Below the pieces are notes generated by a model that saw only the letters and a program-made list of their open reading frames with translations, was not told where the DNA came from and ran no database searches. 64,000 nt of DNA, from contig NC_057736.1 in the NCBI RefSeq assembly GCF_004010195.1, positions 35,748,515 to 35,812,514 on the forward strand, given 5' to 3'. The DNA is from Chiloscyllium plagiosum (lineage: Eukaryota). Shown in pieces: positions 50,921-63,029 of the stretch (within the stretch, counting starts at the first letter, position 1; every line of letters starts with the position of its first letter). Both the position numbers and the translations under genes were made by a program.

Positions 50921-51984
50921 CTGGGTCCCTGCCTTGTGCACACTCTGGGGTCTCACCCCCCCCCCCCGGGGATGGTCCTGTGTAACATTGGAGCGAGCTG
51001 CGGTGTGTCTGTGCAGTTCATGTCCCTCCTGTCAGACAGGCTCAGGCTCACCCTGTTGTTATGGTCATTACAGCGTGTGTGCTGTGTCCCAGCCTTGTCA
51101 ACACCAGGGAACCACCACTTTCTCCACTCGGGCCTTAACACTGAGCTTTGTCTTTGTCGGCCAGAGTGGGAACTCCAGTGTCCTCCTCCAATGGGGTGGG
51201 CAGCTGGAATATTGGGATTGCAGACTCTGAAACACTGGTGCTATGTGACACGTGTGTCCCAAGTTTGGTTAATCTGCACCGGAGGGACTTTGGCAAAGGT
51301 TTTTTTCTTTGCAACAACTTTTACTCTCTATGGGTCTATGTAGCCCCTGCTGCATGTTTGCCATGACTGCCATAACTGGTGATGTGTGCGAGGTGGAAAA
51401 TATGGGTTTGTAACAGTACCGAGTTGAGACAAAAGGTAAAGCTGTAAATACTTGGTATGAATTGTGATTAATAAATGTTGAATGAAAGAGACGAGACTGC
51501 ATTGTGATGATTTGAGCAATGTGAGGCTCCTGTTGTACTTGTAGAATATGGCATTTGAGTATTTGTTCATTGACCATATTCACTCATGTGAAGTAGTTGA
51601 ACTTCCTCTGGCATTACATCCAGATTCATTGCATTGATCGCTGTGGCTACTTACCTTTTGGCCTTACCTGGGAGACCTTTTGGCCTCTGGTGATACAGAC
51701 CACCTCTCTCCTTTTCAATCTCCTCATCCAGAATGTCCTGTGCAGCATCTGAAAATCACAAAGCCTTCTTTCTCCTCTCTTGTACCATTTTACCCTTTTT
51801 ACCAGGTCAGAAGCTCTTCACCTATGACACTCAGCATTTGTTGCAACCCCAGCACAAGCATTGTGCATGCTTACTGCTGGCTGTCTGCTAATACATTCAA
51901 CTAGTGTACAAAGTAATTAGCAGTGATTAGTTATATGTAGGGAAAATTGCAAGTAAACAAAGCACAAAGTTTAAGTTAAAGCAA

Positions 51985-52195
51985 AATATTACAGATGCTG
52001 CAAATCTGAAATAAACACAGAAAATGCTAGAGAAACTCAACAGGTCTGGCAGTATGTGTGGAGAGAGAAACAGAGTTAAAGGTTTGAGTCTGGTGTGACT
52101 TATTCTTTCTAAAGAAGAGTCCTATTGTACGCTGGTATTCTGTTTCTCTCCAAAGATGCTGCTAGACTTGTTGAGTTTCTCCAGCATTTTCTTTG
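51985..52195. mobile_element. Older palindromic PLE-like insertion (related pieces at about 3810-3925, 14070-14120, 39690-39745, 62065-62190)
   Basis: aaaatgctagagaaactcaacaggtctggcag is inverted at 52158-52190. Confidence 0.65.
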
Positions 52196-52387
52196 CAACA
52201 CAAAGTTTATAAATGCATTGCAAATGACAAATACTGGCTAATTGTACATCACAATCCCTGTGTCTGTTTTGGGAACTAACCAGCTTAGCTTCAAATGATG
52301 TGTATCCTGACAAAAAGTATTTATTCTTTGTCGTTGTTCTATAAATTTATTCTTTGTAAAACCATTTTCCATGATTATTTGAAATAA

Positions 52388-52732
<345 letters not shown>

Positions 52733-53847
52733 TAATGCTAAATGTCTGGAATGGTCATTTTGCTTATATAATATTTTTCAAACAAATGAAAAAAATTACG
52801 TTCAAGTTTAATTTTTTACTTTACTAGGCCAACTGTTGCACAGTGAACTTTCAGAAGTCTCAAACATGAAGCAGGCAGTTCTGTACATTAAAAAACCAAA
52901 ATGAATTCATAAATGTTTCCAATAACCAGTTACCAAACATGTTCCTAAGTACATAACTGAGTTGTGATGGTCTTTGGATCAGTCTCTGATCCTTATCATG
53001 TTAACTTCCATCAAGCTGGTTGAGTACTTGGGACCACTAAGTCGGCTTTGTCAACTCTGACTGAAGGCCTGGGAGTGCGACTTCTGTTGTTGACCACCGT
53101 GCCCTGACTGTTTGTGCTGGTGTTCATTGTAAACGAGGATCAGTTGATTTTTTCCACAGCTTAACAATTGACAGGCACTGACAACTGAGCTGGCAGTCAA
53201 AGAATGACTATCGAGGGCACTGAGGGATAGAATTGTACCCAGACAATATTTAGCACCTTCATGAGAAGTTTGAAAATTGCTGCAGGAAAATCTTAGTTTC
53301 TTCTCAGGACGGTGCCTGTATCATGACTGAAAGTTACACACTTCGAAGGTTACTGACGCTAATTAGAGAGATGGTGTGAATCTAAATTTTTGAGAATGTT
53401 GGTCATAAAGTAATGGTAGCATTGTGCTCTGAATGTAGGACATTTTATAAGAAATAGTTTGGAGTACCAGTATGCTTCATGACAACATTTCGGGGAGTGT
53501 TTTGACTTGGCTTTATGGTTTGACTTGGAATAAATATGTTTGTAACTGGCAAAATCAATATTTTGTTCTCCCCGTATTTTCTTTAACTCATTTCATTCTG
53601 TGGAATCTACACTAGACAAAAGTGGACACCTTACTCCTGAAGGCCTGCCAATGCAAATAGTTACACAGTTGATGGAGGGGAACTCTTTCACATATCTCCT
53701 CCCTGTTAGGAGACACCTGGCTGGTTAAGGGAGCGATGATCATAGTATCAATACAAAGGAAGTTTGTATACTTAACTATTAAATGGTAAATTCCTTGGTA
53801 TTAAATGGTAACCTGCCTGGTTATTGGTTTTCTGTGTTATGTTTCAG

Positions 53848-53935
53848 AAACACTAACAGTAAAAATGATAGAAGGAATAGGAAATTTAAAGAAGCAGAAC
53901 GTCTCTTTAGCAAGTCATCCGTTACTTCAGTAGCA
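53848..53935 (+). CDS. MEAF6: MEAF6 coding exon 3 ([29 protein letters not shown])
   Basis: 88 nt; AG/GT boundaries. Confidence 0.98.
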
Positions 53936-54025
53936 GTGAGTAAAATAAACTTGTACTTGATCATAAAATACATAATATTTGCAAATGCAATTTTATATTT
54001 AACAGTGATTTCACATCTGTTACAG

Positions 54026-54071
54026 GCAGTGAGTGCTTTAACTGGTGTCCAAGACCAAATGGTGGAAAAGC
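54026..54071 (+). CDS. MEAF6: MEAF6 coding exon 4 ([15 protein letters not shown])
   Basis: 46 nt; AG/GT boundaries. Confidence 0.96.
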
Positions 54072-54695
54072 GTAAGTTTTAGAAATAAGTCCCCTTTCAT
54101 GTTGATATAATACATACTTTTCCACTTGAAATTTGACTGAAAGTAGGTGTTGTACGAGGGTTTTCTGCTGTAAAGCATATGTTTGAGGAGGGGGGAGTGG
54201 GTTATGGGCTGGTTCCAGAAGAAGAGAGATGCTTTGATTAATGTTCTGTTGAATTAGTTCCACCGTTTAATGCATTAAACTGAACACATCTTTGACACCC
54301 TCAGATCTATTTGTTTTATTGTTTGCTATTATAAGTACTTTGTCAGTGAAATCAAAGCTATTGCAGTAAAATTGGGAACAATAAGAACTTAAAATAAGGT
54401 TAAAAACTTTGCCATGTCTTCAAAAAGCCAATAGTACAGTTCATTCAGCATGTTTCACAAAATGTTGGTATGGATTATTTTACACATGGAAGTAAGTTGG
54501 AAAGTGTATGGAGATATTTATGATGCTTTCAAAACAGAAGCATCTCAGCAACAATTTTTAACTGGAATAATTAACGAGCAGTATGCAATTGACTTTGCTT
54601 TTCTTACTTGATACTGGGGTGATTTGGGAATTGCACTGGTTTAAGCAAATCTGTTTTTTTCAAATTTGCATTTTGTGTGTGAATCACTTGATTAG

Positions 54696-54891
54696 GTGAA
54701 CCGGGTAGTGGGACAGAAAGTGACAATTCTCCAGACTTCCAGAATCAGGAGAATGAACCCAACCAGGAGGACACTGAGGAACTGGATGGATCACATCTGC
54801 AAGGAGTGAAGCCTCAGAAAGCAGCCTCCTCCACGTCATCCAGCAGCCACCACGGGAGTCACAAGAAAAGGAAAAACAAAAACCGACACAG
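54696..54891 (+). CDS. MEAF6: MEAF6 coding exon 5 ([20 protein letters not shown]...[10 protein letters not shown])
   Basis: 196 nt; AG/GT boundaries; basic NLS-like end. Confidence 0.97.
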
Positions 54892-55418
54892 GTAATTTGT
54901 GCAACAGTAGTTCATGAAATTGCAAGATGAGTGGGGCAAGAGTGGAGGAGGCTTGTTTGGCTTGGTCCTTACAAAGCTACTTGATTGCATTCATGAAAGT
55001 AGAAGAACCACCTGTTAGTAAGAGTACGCATTTGAGTTAAATATGGCTTGACATTATTATACAAGGAACATTTTTTTGGCATATGTTTCTAGCACACTGC
55101 TCCTTGTACATTGACTGTGTGCTGTATACTACCCACTGCTCTATTGCATTTTAATGAAATTGGGGGTTTAACTCAACAAAGCTTAATTGTTTCCATGTAA
55201 TAAATTGTTGAGAAAAAAATCATCGTTTTCAAGAAATTATAACTGTTAAGGTTAAAAATAACATTTCTGAATATATTTATTTCTCCATTTAGTTCATCAA
55301 ATCGCCAGTGTTTCTCACTTTTTTTTTGTTTAAAAATATAATGTTCCAAATAGCTTGAGACTCTGAACTGGTGTGTTAACCTTTGTTACTTTCTTTCTTC
55401 TTCTATGCTGCCATCCAG

Positions 55419-55448
55419 CCCATCTGGCATGTTTGATTATGACTTTGA
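55419..55448 (+). CDS. MEAF6: MEAF6 30-nt alternative microexon (SPSGMFDYDFE)
   Basis: Strong polypyrimidine tract, tgctgc, then ccag; gtaagt donor; frame-preserving; peptide matches the long mammalian isoform as I recall it. Confidence 0.93.
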
Positions 55449-58128
55449 GTAAGTTTGCTTTCTATCAGTATATGTGCTGTGTTTTTCCCAGTATTCCCCT
55501 GTACTGTGAAATGTAGACTGTAGACATTTTTGGAAATACTTACTATCTTTTGCCACTAGCTGCTGTAAGTTTGGATATTTGCCAGTGTATGTTAGGGCCA
55601 TGTAACTGGAATGTTTATGAAATGTTCTCAACAGCAGTCACAGTGCGACAACGCTTGTTACATTTTATATTAAATTTAGTTTCCAGGCAGAAGATATTGT
55701 TGATAGTGGTTTCTTCTATTGAGTAGAGTATCTGACCAAGCAAAGTACAGTCATCAGTGTAACTTCAGCTACGCTAGCTCTCATACACACAGCTATTCCG
55801 TCTTTCATCAGTAATGGAAAATGAGTACTGCAACAATCCATGGATTTGTAATAAATCTACAGTTATGAATTTCTGTGACAAGAGACCCTCAGTATGTTGT
55901 GTAAAGATGGAAAACAGGGGACCATGTTGTAAATTTACAAAGCAGATAGGACTTTAGAAATTGAAAATTCTCTCCAGGTTCTCAACAAACCCTACAGTCT
56001 CCTCTATTGTTTGAAGTACTTAATCTGAGGGGTTTGCACCATAATCAACATTTGAACCAAATTTAGCCAAAACTAATAAAGTGGAAATTTTCTTTCTCCA
56101 TTGACAATAAGTGAAATGTAATCATGTTGACCCATTTCTTGATGGATATCTGTTCACAGTCAATGATCTGGCTGAAAATTAACTTGCCTTAAAGGTAAAA
56201 TGGCCTTTAAAGAATCTATAGAATTACAGAATTGTTTCGGAGCCATTGCGTCTGCACCTGCTGTCCTAATGCACATTATGGCTTAGTGCTGTTTTCCTGC
56301 CTTAGTTTCGTAGCCCTGCACTTTTCTTTGTATTCACATAAGCATCCAATGCAGTCTTCAATGTCTCAATTGAACCTGCCTCCACCACACATCCAGAGAG
56401 TACATTCCAAATTCAGACTAGTCACTGTTTGGAAAAGATTCTTCTTGTAGCACGTTTGCTTCTTCTGTGTTTTTCTTTAAATCTGTGCTTTCTCATTTGC
56501 AATCCCTTTGTGAGTGGGATTAGCTTCATGATATCTACTGTCCTTAACACTCATGGTTTTGAAAACAGCTATCACATCTCCTTTTAGCTGTTCTCTGATC
56601 TTTCCTCATAACATTGCTTATGTACATTCGCATCAAGGTCTCTCTGCTCCTGCACACCATTTAGTGTAGAACACAATTTTTATACTGTCTGTCCGTGCTC
56701 TTTTTACCAAAATGTATTATCGCTCGTAACTCTGCAATGAGCTTCAAGTGCCACCTATTTATCCAGTTCACCAACTTGTCAATGTCCTTTTGAAGCATTA
56801 AATTGTCCCCCACAGTTTACAAATGTTCCAAGTTTTAGATCATCTGCAAACTTTTATATTATCCCCATCAGACCATGGGCTAGATTGGTAATTTTTCTTG
56901 GGAAAAGTGATGGGTCCCACACTTATCCCTGGAGGAGCACTATTTCAAACCTTTTTCCAGCCCGAAAAGTATTCATTGCACGTTGCAATTTGTCTCTTAT
57001 CACTCAGTCACCTTTCCATCCAACGTGCTACTGTTCCTTTTATTTCATAAACTCGATTTGTGTAGTATTGCATCAGATACCTTTTGGAAGTCTGCTTACA
57101 CCACATCAACAGCAGTATCCTCACTCATTCTCTGTTACCTCTACAAAAACTACAGCAATTTATTTAAACTTTGATTTAAATCCATGGTGCTTCTCCATTA
57201 TTCACAAGTGCTTACCTATGTAACCATTAATTTTATTCCAAAATAGTGGTGGCGGGAAAACCTCAGGAAACAAAGTTAAATTGATTGCTTTATAATTTCT
57301 GAGCTTATTCTTAAAAAAAAAAACTTTCTTAAGCAAGATTGTAATGCTTGGAATTCTTTAGGCATCTGGCACCACTCTTGAGTCCAAAGACTGAAGAAAT
57401 ATAACAGTGCCTTCACAGTTTCCACTCTCACTTCCTTCTGTATCCTTGGAAACATCTCATCTGGTCTCAGTGTCTTATCAACTTTAATTACAGACTATTC
57501 AGTGCCAACTCCATATCAGGTTTGAACTCTTCTAGTGACTAAATATCCTCCTCTGTCACCATAGCCTGGGTAGCTTTGCTTTCTCAGTAAAGACAGATGC
57601 AAGATATTCATTTAATTGCTCAGCCATGTCCCTGCTTCCATATATAAATCCTGTGTTGTCCATAATAATCCCTACTCCTCCTTTTACTTTTATGTGCCTG
57701 CAGAAGCCTTTCAGATTTCCTTTGTTAGGTGTCTGGATTTGTTTGCCCTATCTGTCCCTTTTGAGGGAATTTCCTTGAATGTACCTGATCTATTTTGTCC
57801 TTGAAGGTAGTCCATTGTTCAGTTGGATTTCCCTGCCAGCCTTTGGCTCCAGTTTATCTGGCCCAGCTCTGTTGTTGCCCAGTTGAAGTCCCCTCTCCCC
57901 CAGTTAATTATTATTCTTCTGGTTTGTTCATTGTTCTTTTCTACCATCATCTTAACTTTTATGAAATTGCAATCACTGTCCTAATGATGTTCTGCCACTG
58001 ACACTTGATTTACTTGGCTCACCTCAACCAGGTCAACCAGTGCCTCCTTTCTTGTTGAATTGTGTACGTAGTGCTGTAGAAAAGTCTCCTGAATGCAATC
58101 TAGGAATGCTTGCCCTCCCTGCTATTAA

Positions 58129-58340
58129 GGAGAAAGTGAGGTCTGCAGATGCTGGAGATCAAAGTTGAAACTTTATTGCTGGAACAGCACAGCAGGTCAG
58201 GCAGCATCCAGGGAACAGGAGATTCGACGTTTCGGGCACAGGCCCTTCTTCCTGAAGAAGGGCCTGTGCCCGAAACGTCGAATCTCCTGTTCCCTGGATG
58301 CTGCCTGACCTGCTGTGCTGTTCCAGCAATAAAGTTTCAA
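58129..58340. mobile_element. Very young palindromic Penelope-like insertion (family B)
   Basis: Perfect 88-bp arms 58164-58251 and 58254-58341; 14-bp TSD ctccctgctattaa at 58115-58128 and 58341-58354. Confidence 0.92.
58249..58282 (+). ncRNA. Minimal type I hammerhead ribozyme motif
   Basis: ttc-CTGAAGA-a-gggc-ctgt-gccc-GAAAC-GTC-gaa: full core, 4-bp stem II, 3-bp stem I. Confidence 0.7.
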
Positions 58341-58564
58341 CTCCCTGCTATTAACACCACCATTTTCAGTTTACTTTCGGATGATTGAAATCAACCATTA
58401 TACCCATAGTTTGCATTCTGTAATTTCCTTTTAGATTTGTTCCTCCACATTCTTCAAACCATTTGGTGTTCTATCAACTACATAAAGAGCTGTAATTACA
58501 CCTTTTATGTTGTTCAGTTCTAGCCATAGGTGATTCTCTTCCCATCATAAATATTTTTTATTCA

Positions 58565-58893
58565 TTCACGGGATGAGGGCGTTGGTTGCTAGGCAGCATT
58601 TATTACCCACCCTAATTGCCCAGAGGGCAGTTAAGAGCTGACCACATTGCTGTAGGTCTGGAGTTGCATGTAGGCCAGACCAGGTAAGGATGACAGTTTC
58701 CTTCCCTAATGGACAATGGTGAACCAGATGGGTTTTTCTGACAATCGACAATGGATTCATGGTCATCATTAGGTTCTAATTCCAGATATTTATTGAATTC
58801 TGCCATCTGCTGTGGCGGGATTTGAACCCCTGTCCCCAGAACGTTACCTGGATTAATAGTCCAGCAACAGTACCCTTAGGCCATCACCTCCCC
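58565..58893 (-). mobile_element. Second tRNA-derived SINE family
   Basis: Minus head ggggaggtgaTGGCCTAAGGG ... GGTTCAAATCC; tail resembles the LINE 3' ends at about 2540 and 7930. Confidence 0.8.
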
Positions 58894-59550
58894 TAATGAT
58901 ATCACCCCTTTCCTCCTTATCTTTCCCTGCTTCCTGATGTTAAGTTTTTTTCCTGTCGTATAAGTTATAAGAAGGAGAGCAACTCTTTTATCAAACCCAG
59001 AGGAGTACTTAGGCTTGTTAGTTGGTTCAGGCATGGTAACATTTTCTCTTCATGTTGGATATCATAAATATTAATATGGAAAACAGCCACTTTGAAATGT
59101 TTTTCAGCATCAGTTTCTAAAAGGATCCTTTTAGTCTTGCTAAGTATGGGGATAGTTTTAGTAGAGGGGAGTATGGGGGATAGTTTTATTGGAAGGGAGT
59201 ATGGGGTAGTTTTAGTGGAGGGGAGTTTTTGCTCTTTGTGGGATTGCTGGAATTTATTGCCCATGTTGAATTGTCCTGAAGAAAGTGGCCTTGAGTCAAC
59301 TTCTAAGTATGTTGCTGTTTATGTGCTGTAGATGTTCCTAAAGTACCATTAGTTTGGGAAATAAAGCAACCAGTTGCAGAAAGCTGACTACTTAACGCCC
59401 ATTTACTTAGACAAGACCAGGAAATAAATTCCTGAAGCTAAAGGGATTTGTTGCTATGTGCTCCTGTTGTATATCAATAAATGGTAAGTGTTGTAACTTT
59501 AAAGGAGATGGTGCTGCTTTCTAAAGTTTAATGCTTCTGTTTAATTACAG

Positions 59551-59584
59551 GATTGATATCAAGTTGAATAAAAAACCAAGAACT
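59551..59584 (+). CDS. MEAF6: MEAF6 coding exon 7 (IDIKLNKKPRT)
   Basis: 34 nt; tacag acceptor and gtgagt donor; matches IDLKLNKKPRA. Confidence 0.95.
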
Positions 59585-60322
59585 GTGAGTATAACTTATA
59601 CTTTATTGCTGTACTCCTTGCAATATTGTAAAATAACAGTGGAATTAGTGAAGCTGGTGTAGATGTTGAAGCATAATAATTGATTGTTATGGTGGTAATT
59701 TAAGATAAGGAGCTAATCCAAAATGCTCCTGTGGTGGAGAGACCAGGCATTTTGATATGTTAAGCAGAAAAATTTCTTTGATATGGAAAACTTCTTTGCA
59801 ACAGGTCTCTATGGCTAGCAGAGAGAGCTCTGTGTTCTATGGAGTTGGTGAGTTGAAGACCTCTCTCTCTGGATGGGAAGAGTAATGTTGAAATTCAGTG
59901 TGTTGTCCTTTGTCTGAACTGCATTGGAGAAAGTATTGAATGCTGTTCTGCACGTGTTGTTAAAATATGTTAGGATAATAAATTTTATACCAAGCTGTAT
60001 ATTGCATGTGAGTTGATATTCACCTGTATACAGGTGAATAAAATGTAAGTAGGATCTGGATAGAAAGAACCTAATTCAGACTAGATTTAGTAAGATAAAG
60101 TATCTAATTATAAAATTAATCGTCAGATTAGTGATATAACCAATATATATTGACTGTTCTACATTCAAATTTGAATTTCAGTGTTTTTGTCAATGCTTCA
60201 ATGTAAAATTGTTTGGGCCTTAATTCCTTGCTTATTTATTTGGTCTAAACTTAAGTACCTTGTTGCAACACCTAGACAATACTTTGATCTTTGATTTAAT
60301 TTTACTTTTATTATTTACAAAG

Positions 60323-60331
60323 GATTATTGA
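60323..60331 (+). CDS. MEAF6: MEAF6 terminal coding exon (DY*)
   Basis: U-rich tract and aag acceptor, then gat tat tga; gives the known C-terminal DY. Confidence 0.85.
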   Translation, partial: DY

Positions 60332-61198
60332 AGAATCTTTTGACCGTTGCAGTTGTTATGATCCGGGTTTGAAGAACATGGACATACAGCAGCATTGAAA
60401 GCATTTTGCTCCAGAAGTTCGCAGTCATTTTTTTAGAAGAACCAATACAACAACAAAGCAGCTGTGCTTGATCCTGATGTTTGAGGCCACCTTGCATCTT
60501 CACATGCTGCATTTGATCTGTGTTCAACTGAATGTTGCTATATGGTTAAAGTCCAATAGTTATTTGTACAAGTACAGCACGCACTGGGTTTTATAATCAA
60601 TTTAAACTGTCATGGGGATGGGGGGTGGTATTAATTGGTCACTTTTAAGACTATTGTGACTCACTCTGACCATTTGATCTTACCAGTGGCATTACATGAG
60701 ATTATATTCTACATAAAATGTGAAGTGTTTTTGATTTGGTATAATTCAGTTTTAAATTTCTTGTTGAAAGTTCCTAAAATGTTAGTCATGTCATCACTAT
60801 TTCAGTTTTTGAGTACGTTTGGCAGGCTTTTTTTCTTTTAAACTTGTCTTGAACTTCATTTAAAGTGTTTTTTTCTGTGTTGGATTGTGTCTTAACTGAT
60901 CTGATTTGCAGGCAGATGCACTTGTTTGGTATAAAAACCTTGTGCACCTCTGAGAGAAAGTGACAGAGAAAATATCAAAAGGCTTTCATCTCCAGGTATT
61001 TCTAAATGGACTCAATGGAGTTAGTTTTAATGGCAACATGTGGTTTTATTTTTTGAACCCATTATATTTTGTTGTGCTTTCAATATTGTATGTATAAATA
61101 CTACCTTTTAATTTGTACAATTATGACTTTTTGTTTTTTTGGACAAATGGCTTTATTATTTTTTTTAAGAGGAAAAAATGGGTTTGTGACCATTTTGT

Positions 61199-61204
61199 AT
61201 TAAA
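61199..61204 (+). terminator. Candidate MEAF6 polyA signal ATTAAA
   Basis: Ends an AU-rich 3'UTR-like tract; followed by GU-rich sequence. Confidence 0.45.
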
Positions 61205-63029
61205 AAAAAAGTTAAATATAATTAGTTGTTTGTAGAATTATTGCACACCAACTTGTAAACAAAAACACTAACATGATCTCAGCCTGAGGTACATATGACG
61301 TTTATGACAATGTGAAATCTCATACTTCAGCAAGCCTGAAGTTTCACTAGTTTACCTAATCTAAAAGTTCAGTCTGTCTAACCTTGTGTGCTCTCTAGAA
61401 CTAGTCAGCCTTTGCACAATGTCTGCATCCTAACTTCTTGAATTTGGAGGTCAGGCATTTCATTCAGAGTGGTGAATGTAACTTGAGTAATGATTTAGTG
61501 AGTAGGAAAGAAGCTCAGGGTTTTTAGCTGAAACTTTAAATCAAGGTTTTATCTGGCTACTTGGCTAAGCCAAAACAGCTTGTGATAATTTGTCTCATTC
61601 TGTTTGTGCATCATTGTCATTACGTTGTCTGCTGGGTTTGCGTGCATTAATAGCGATTGCATTCTAAAGTAATTCTTCAATTATCAAGTGTTTCATAGCA
61701 TGTTGTAAGATCAAGTTTGTTAAACATTTTAAGATACAAAGCATAATTTTTTTTCTATTTAACATAATCTTCACTAATTGTCACAAAATCTTTACTTGCT
61801 GATTGCTTATACCAATTGTTTACAGCTGGGGCTGATTGATTCTTCAAGAAAATCAAAGGCTTTGTGTAGCAATCCGCTATTTTAACATCGCGTGAATGAA
61901 AAGTACAAATTTTGTAACAGAGTTTCACTGGTGAAAGGTATAGCTCTGCTCTTTAAAACATCAGAAGGTTGGGATGCAAGAAGTAACCTGTGGGAGGAAA
62001 AGCCAAACGCTTTACTGATGTTAACAGAATCTTGTGTCTAAAAGACGCTAAAATAAAACAAACAAACTGTGGATGCTGGAAATCTGAATCCAAAAACAGA
62101 AGTAGTGAAGAAAGGTAACTGGACCAGAAACATTACCTGTGCTTTCTCTCCACACATGCTGCAAAACTTGCTGTGTTTCTGTAGCACTTCGTTTTTATAC
62201 CTGAAAAGCACTCTTTGACCTGTTGTATTTAGTCAGTAGACCAATAGTAAAGGAAACTTGTCATTTTCCTGCAATGGTTTAGTGCTTTTGGTGGTGACAT
62301 GTAGGCTTCCGTGTTAAAACTGCATGATTTGAATTACAATGCATTGAAAATGCATCCTAGCCTTACTGTAATAAGGGAACATCATATTACGTGGAGTGAG
62401 TATCTGTATATGAACTCAGCAGAACATTTGAAATTGACAAGTGCAGTTAAGATCTTACTGGGATGGTCAAAAATACTCAGTGGACTTGATGTCTTATTCA
62501 TGGATCTGTTGTAATTGAAGTCTGTGATAATGACACATGGTTAATGCCTTCTTCCCCAGTAAAGTCGACTGTCCATGAAAGGTGGGAATTTTCAGTTGCT
62601 GCTGTAACCTTCAGTAACACAATGGTGATTACACTTAAAAAAAAAAGTAGAGTTTTAAAATGCTTTGGAACATCATGAAGGCATGGAACATGCCTTATCA
62701 ACCGTGAATCCTTACTTCACAATTTTCTCCAGTTAATTCAGAATTTTCAGAAAGTTGTTGGATAGAACATGTGCTCTTTACTATATGATATAATGCCAGA
62801 GTCCAAAGTAAGTGCTGAGGGGGTGTTACCAGCCTTTACAAAGCTCTCGCTTTAAAATAAATTCACCAAATTCTTTCACTTTTCAAAGAAAAATCCATGT
62901 CGTCTAATATGTTGTGTTTTTAGGTTCCTTTGGTATTTGTGAGTAGCATGCCTTGTACTGCTGTTCAATCTGTGTAAACTGTCATCAGCTATGTGAAGAG
63001 AATGATCATTATAAACACATCATTGTCTA

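Larger units (their letters stand above)
56215..58520 (-). mobile_element. Old degenerate CR1 LINE fragments in MEAF6 intron 6
   Basis: Minus-strand DFQKVSD-like RT motif at about 57072-57092; similar to 4075-6240. Confidence 0.65.
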
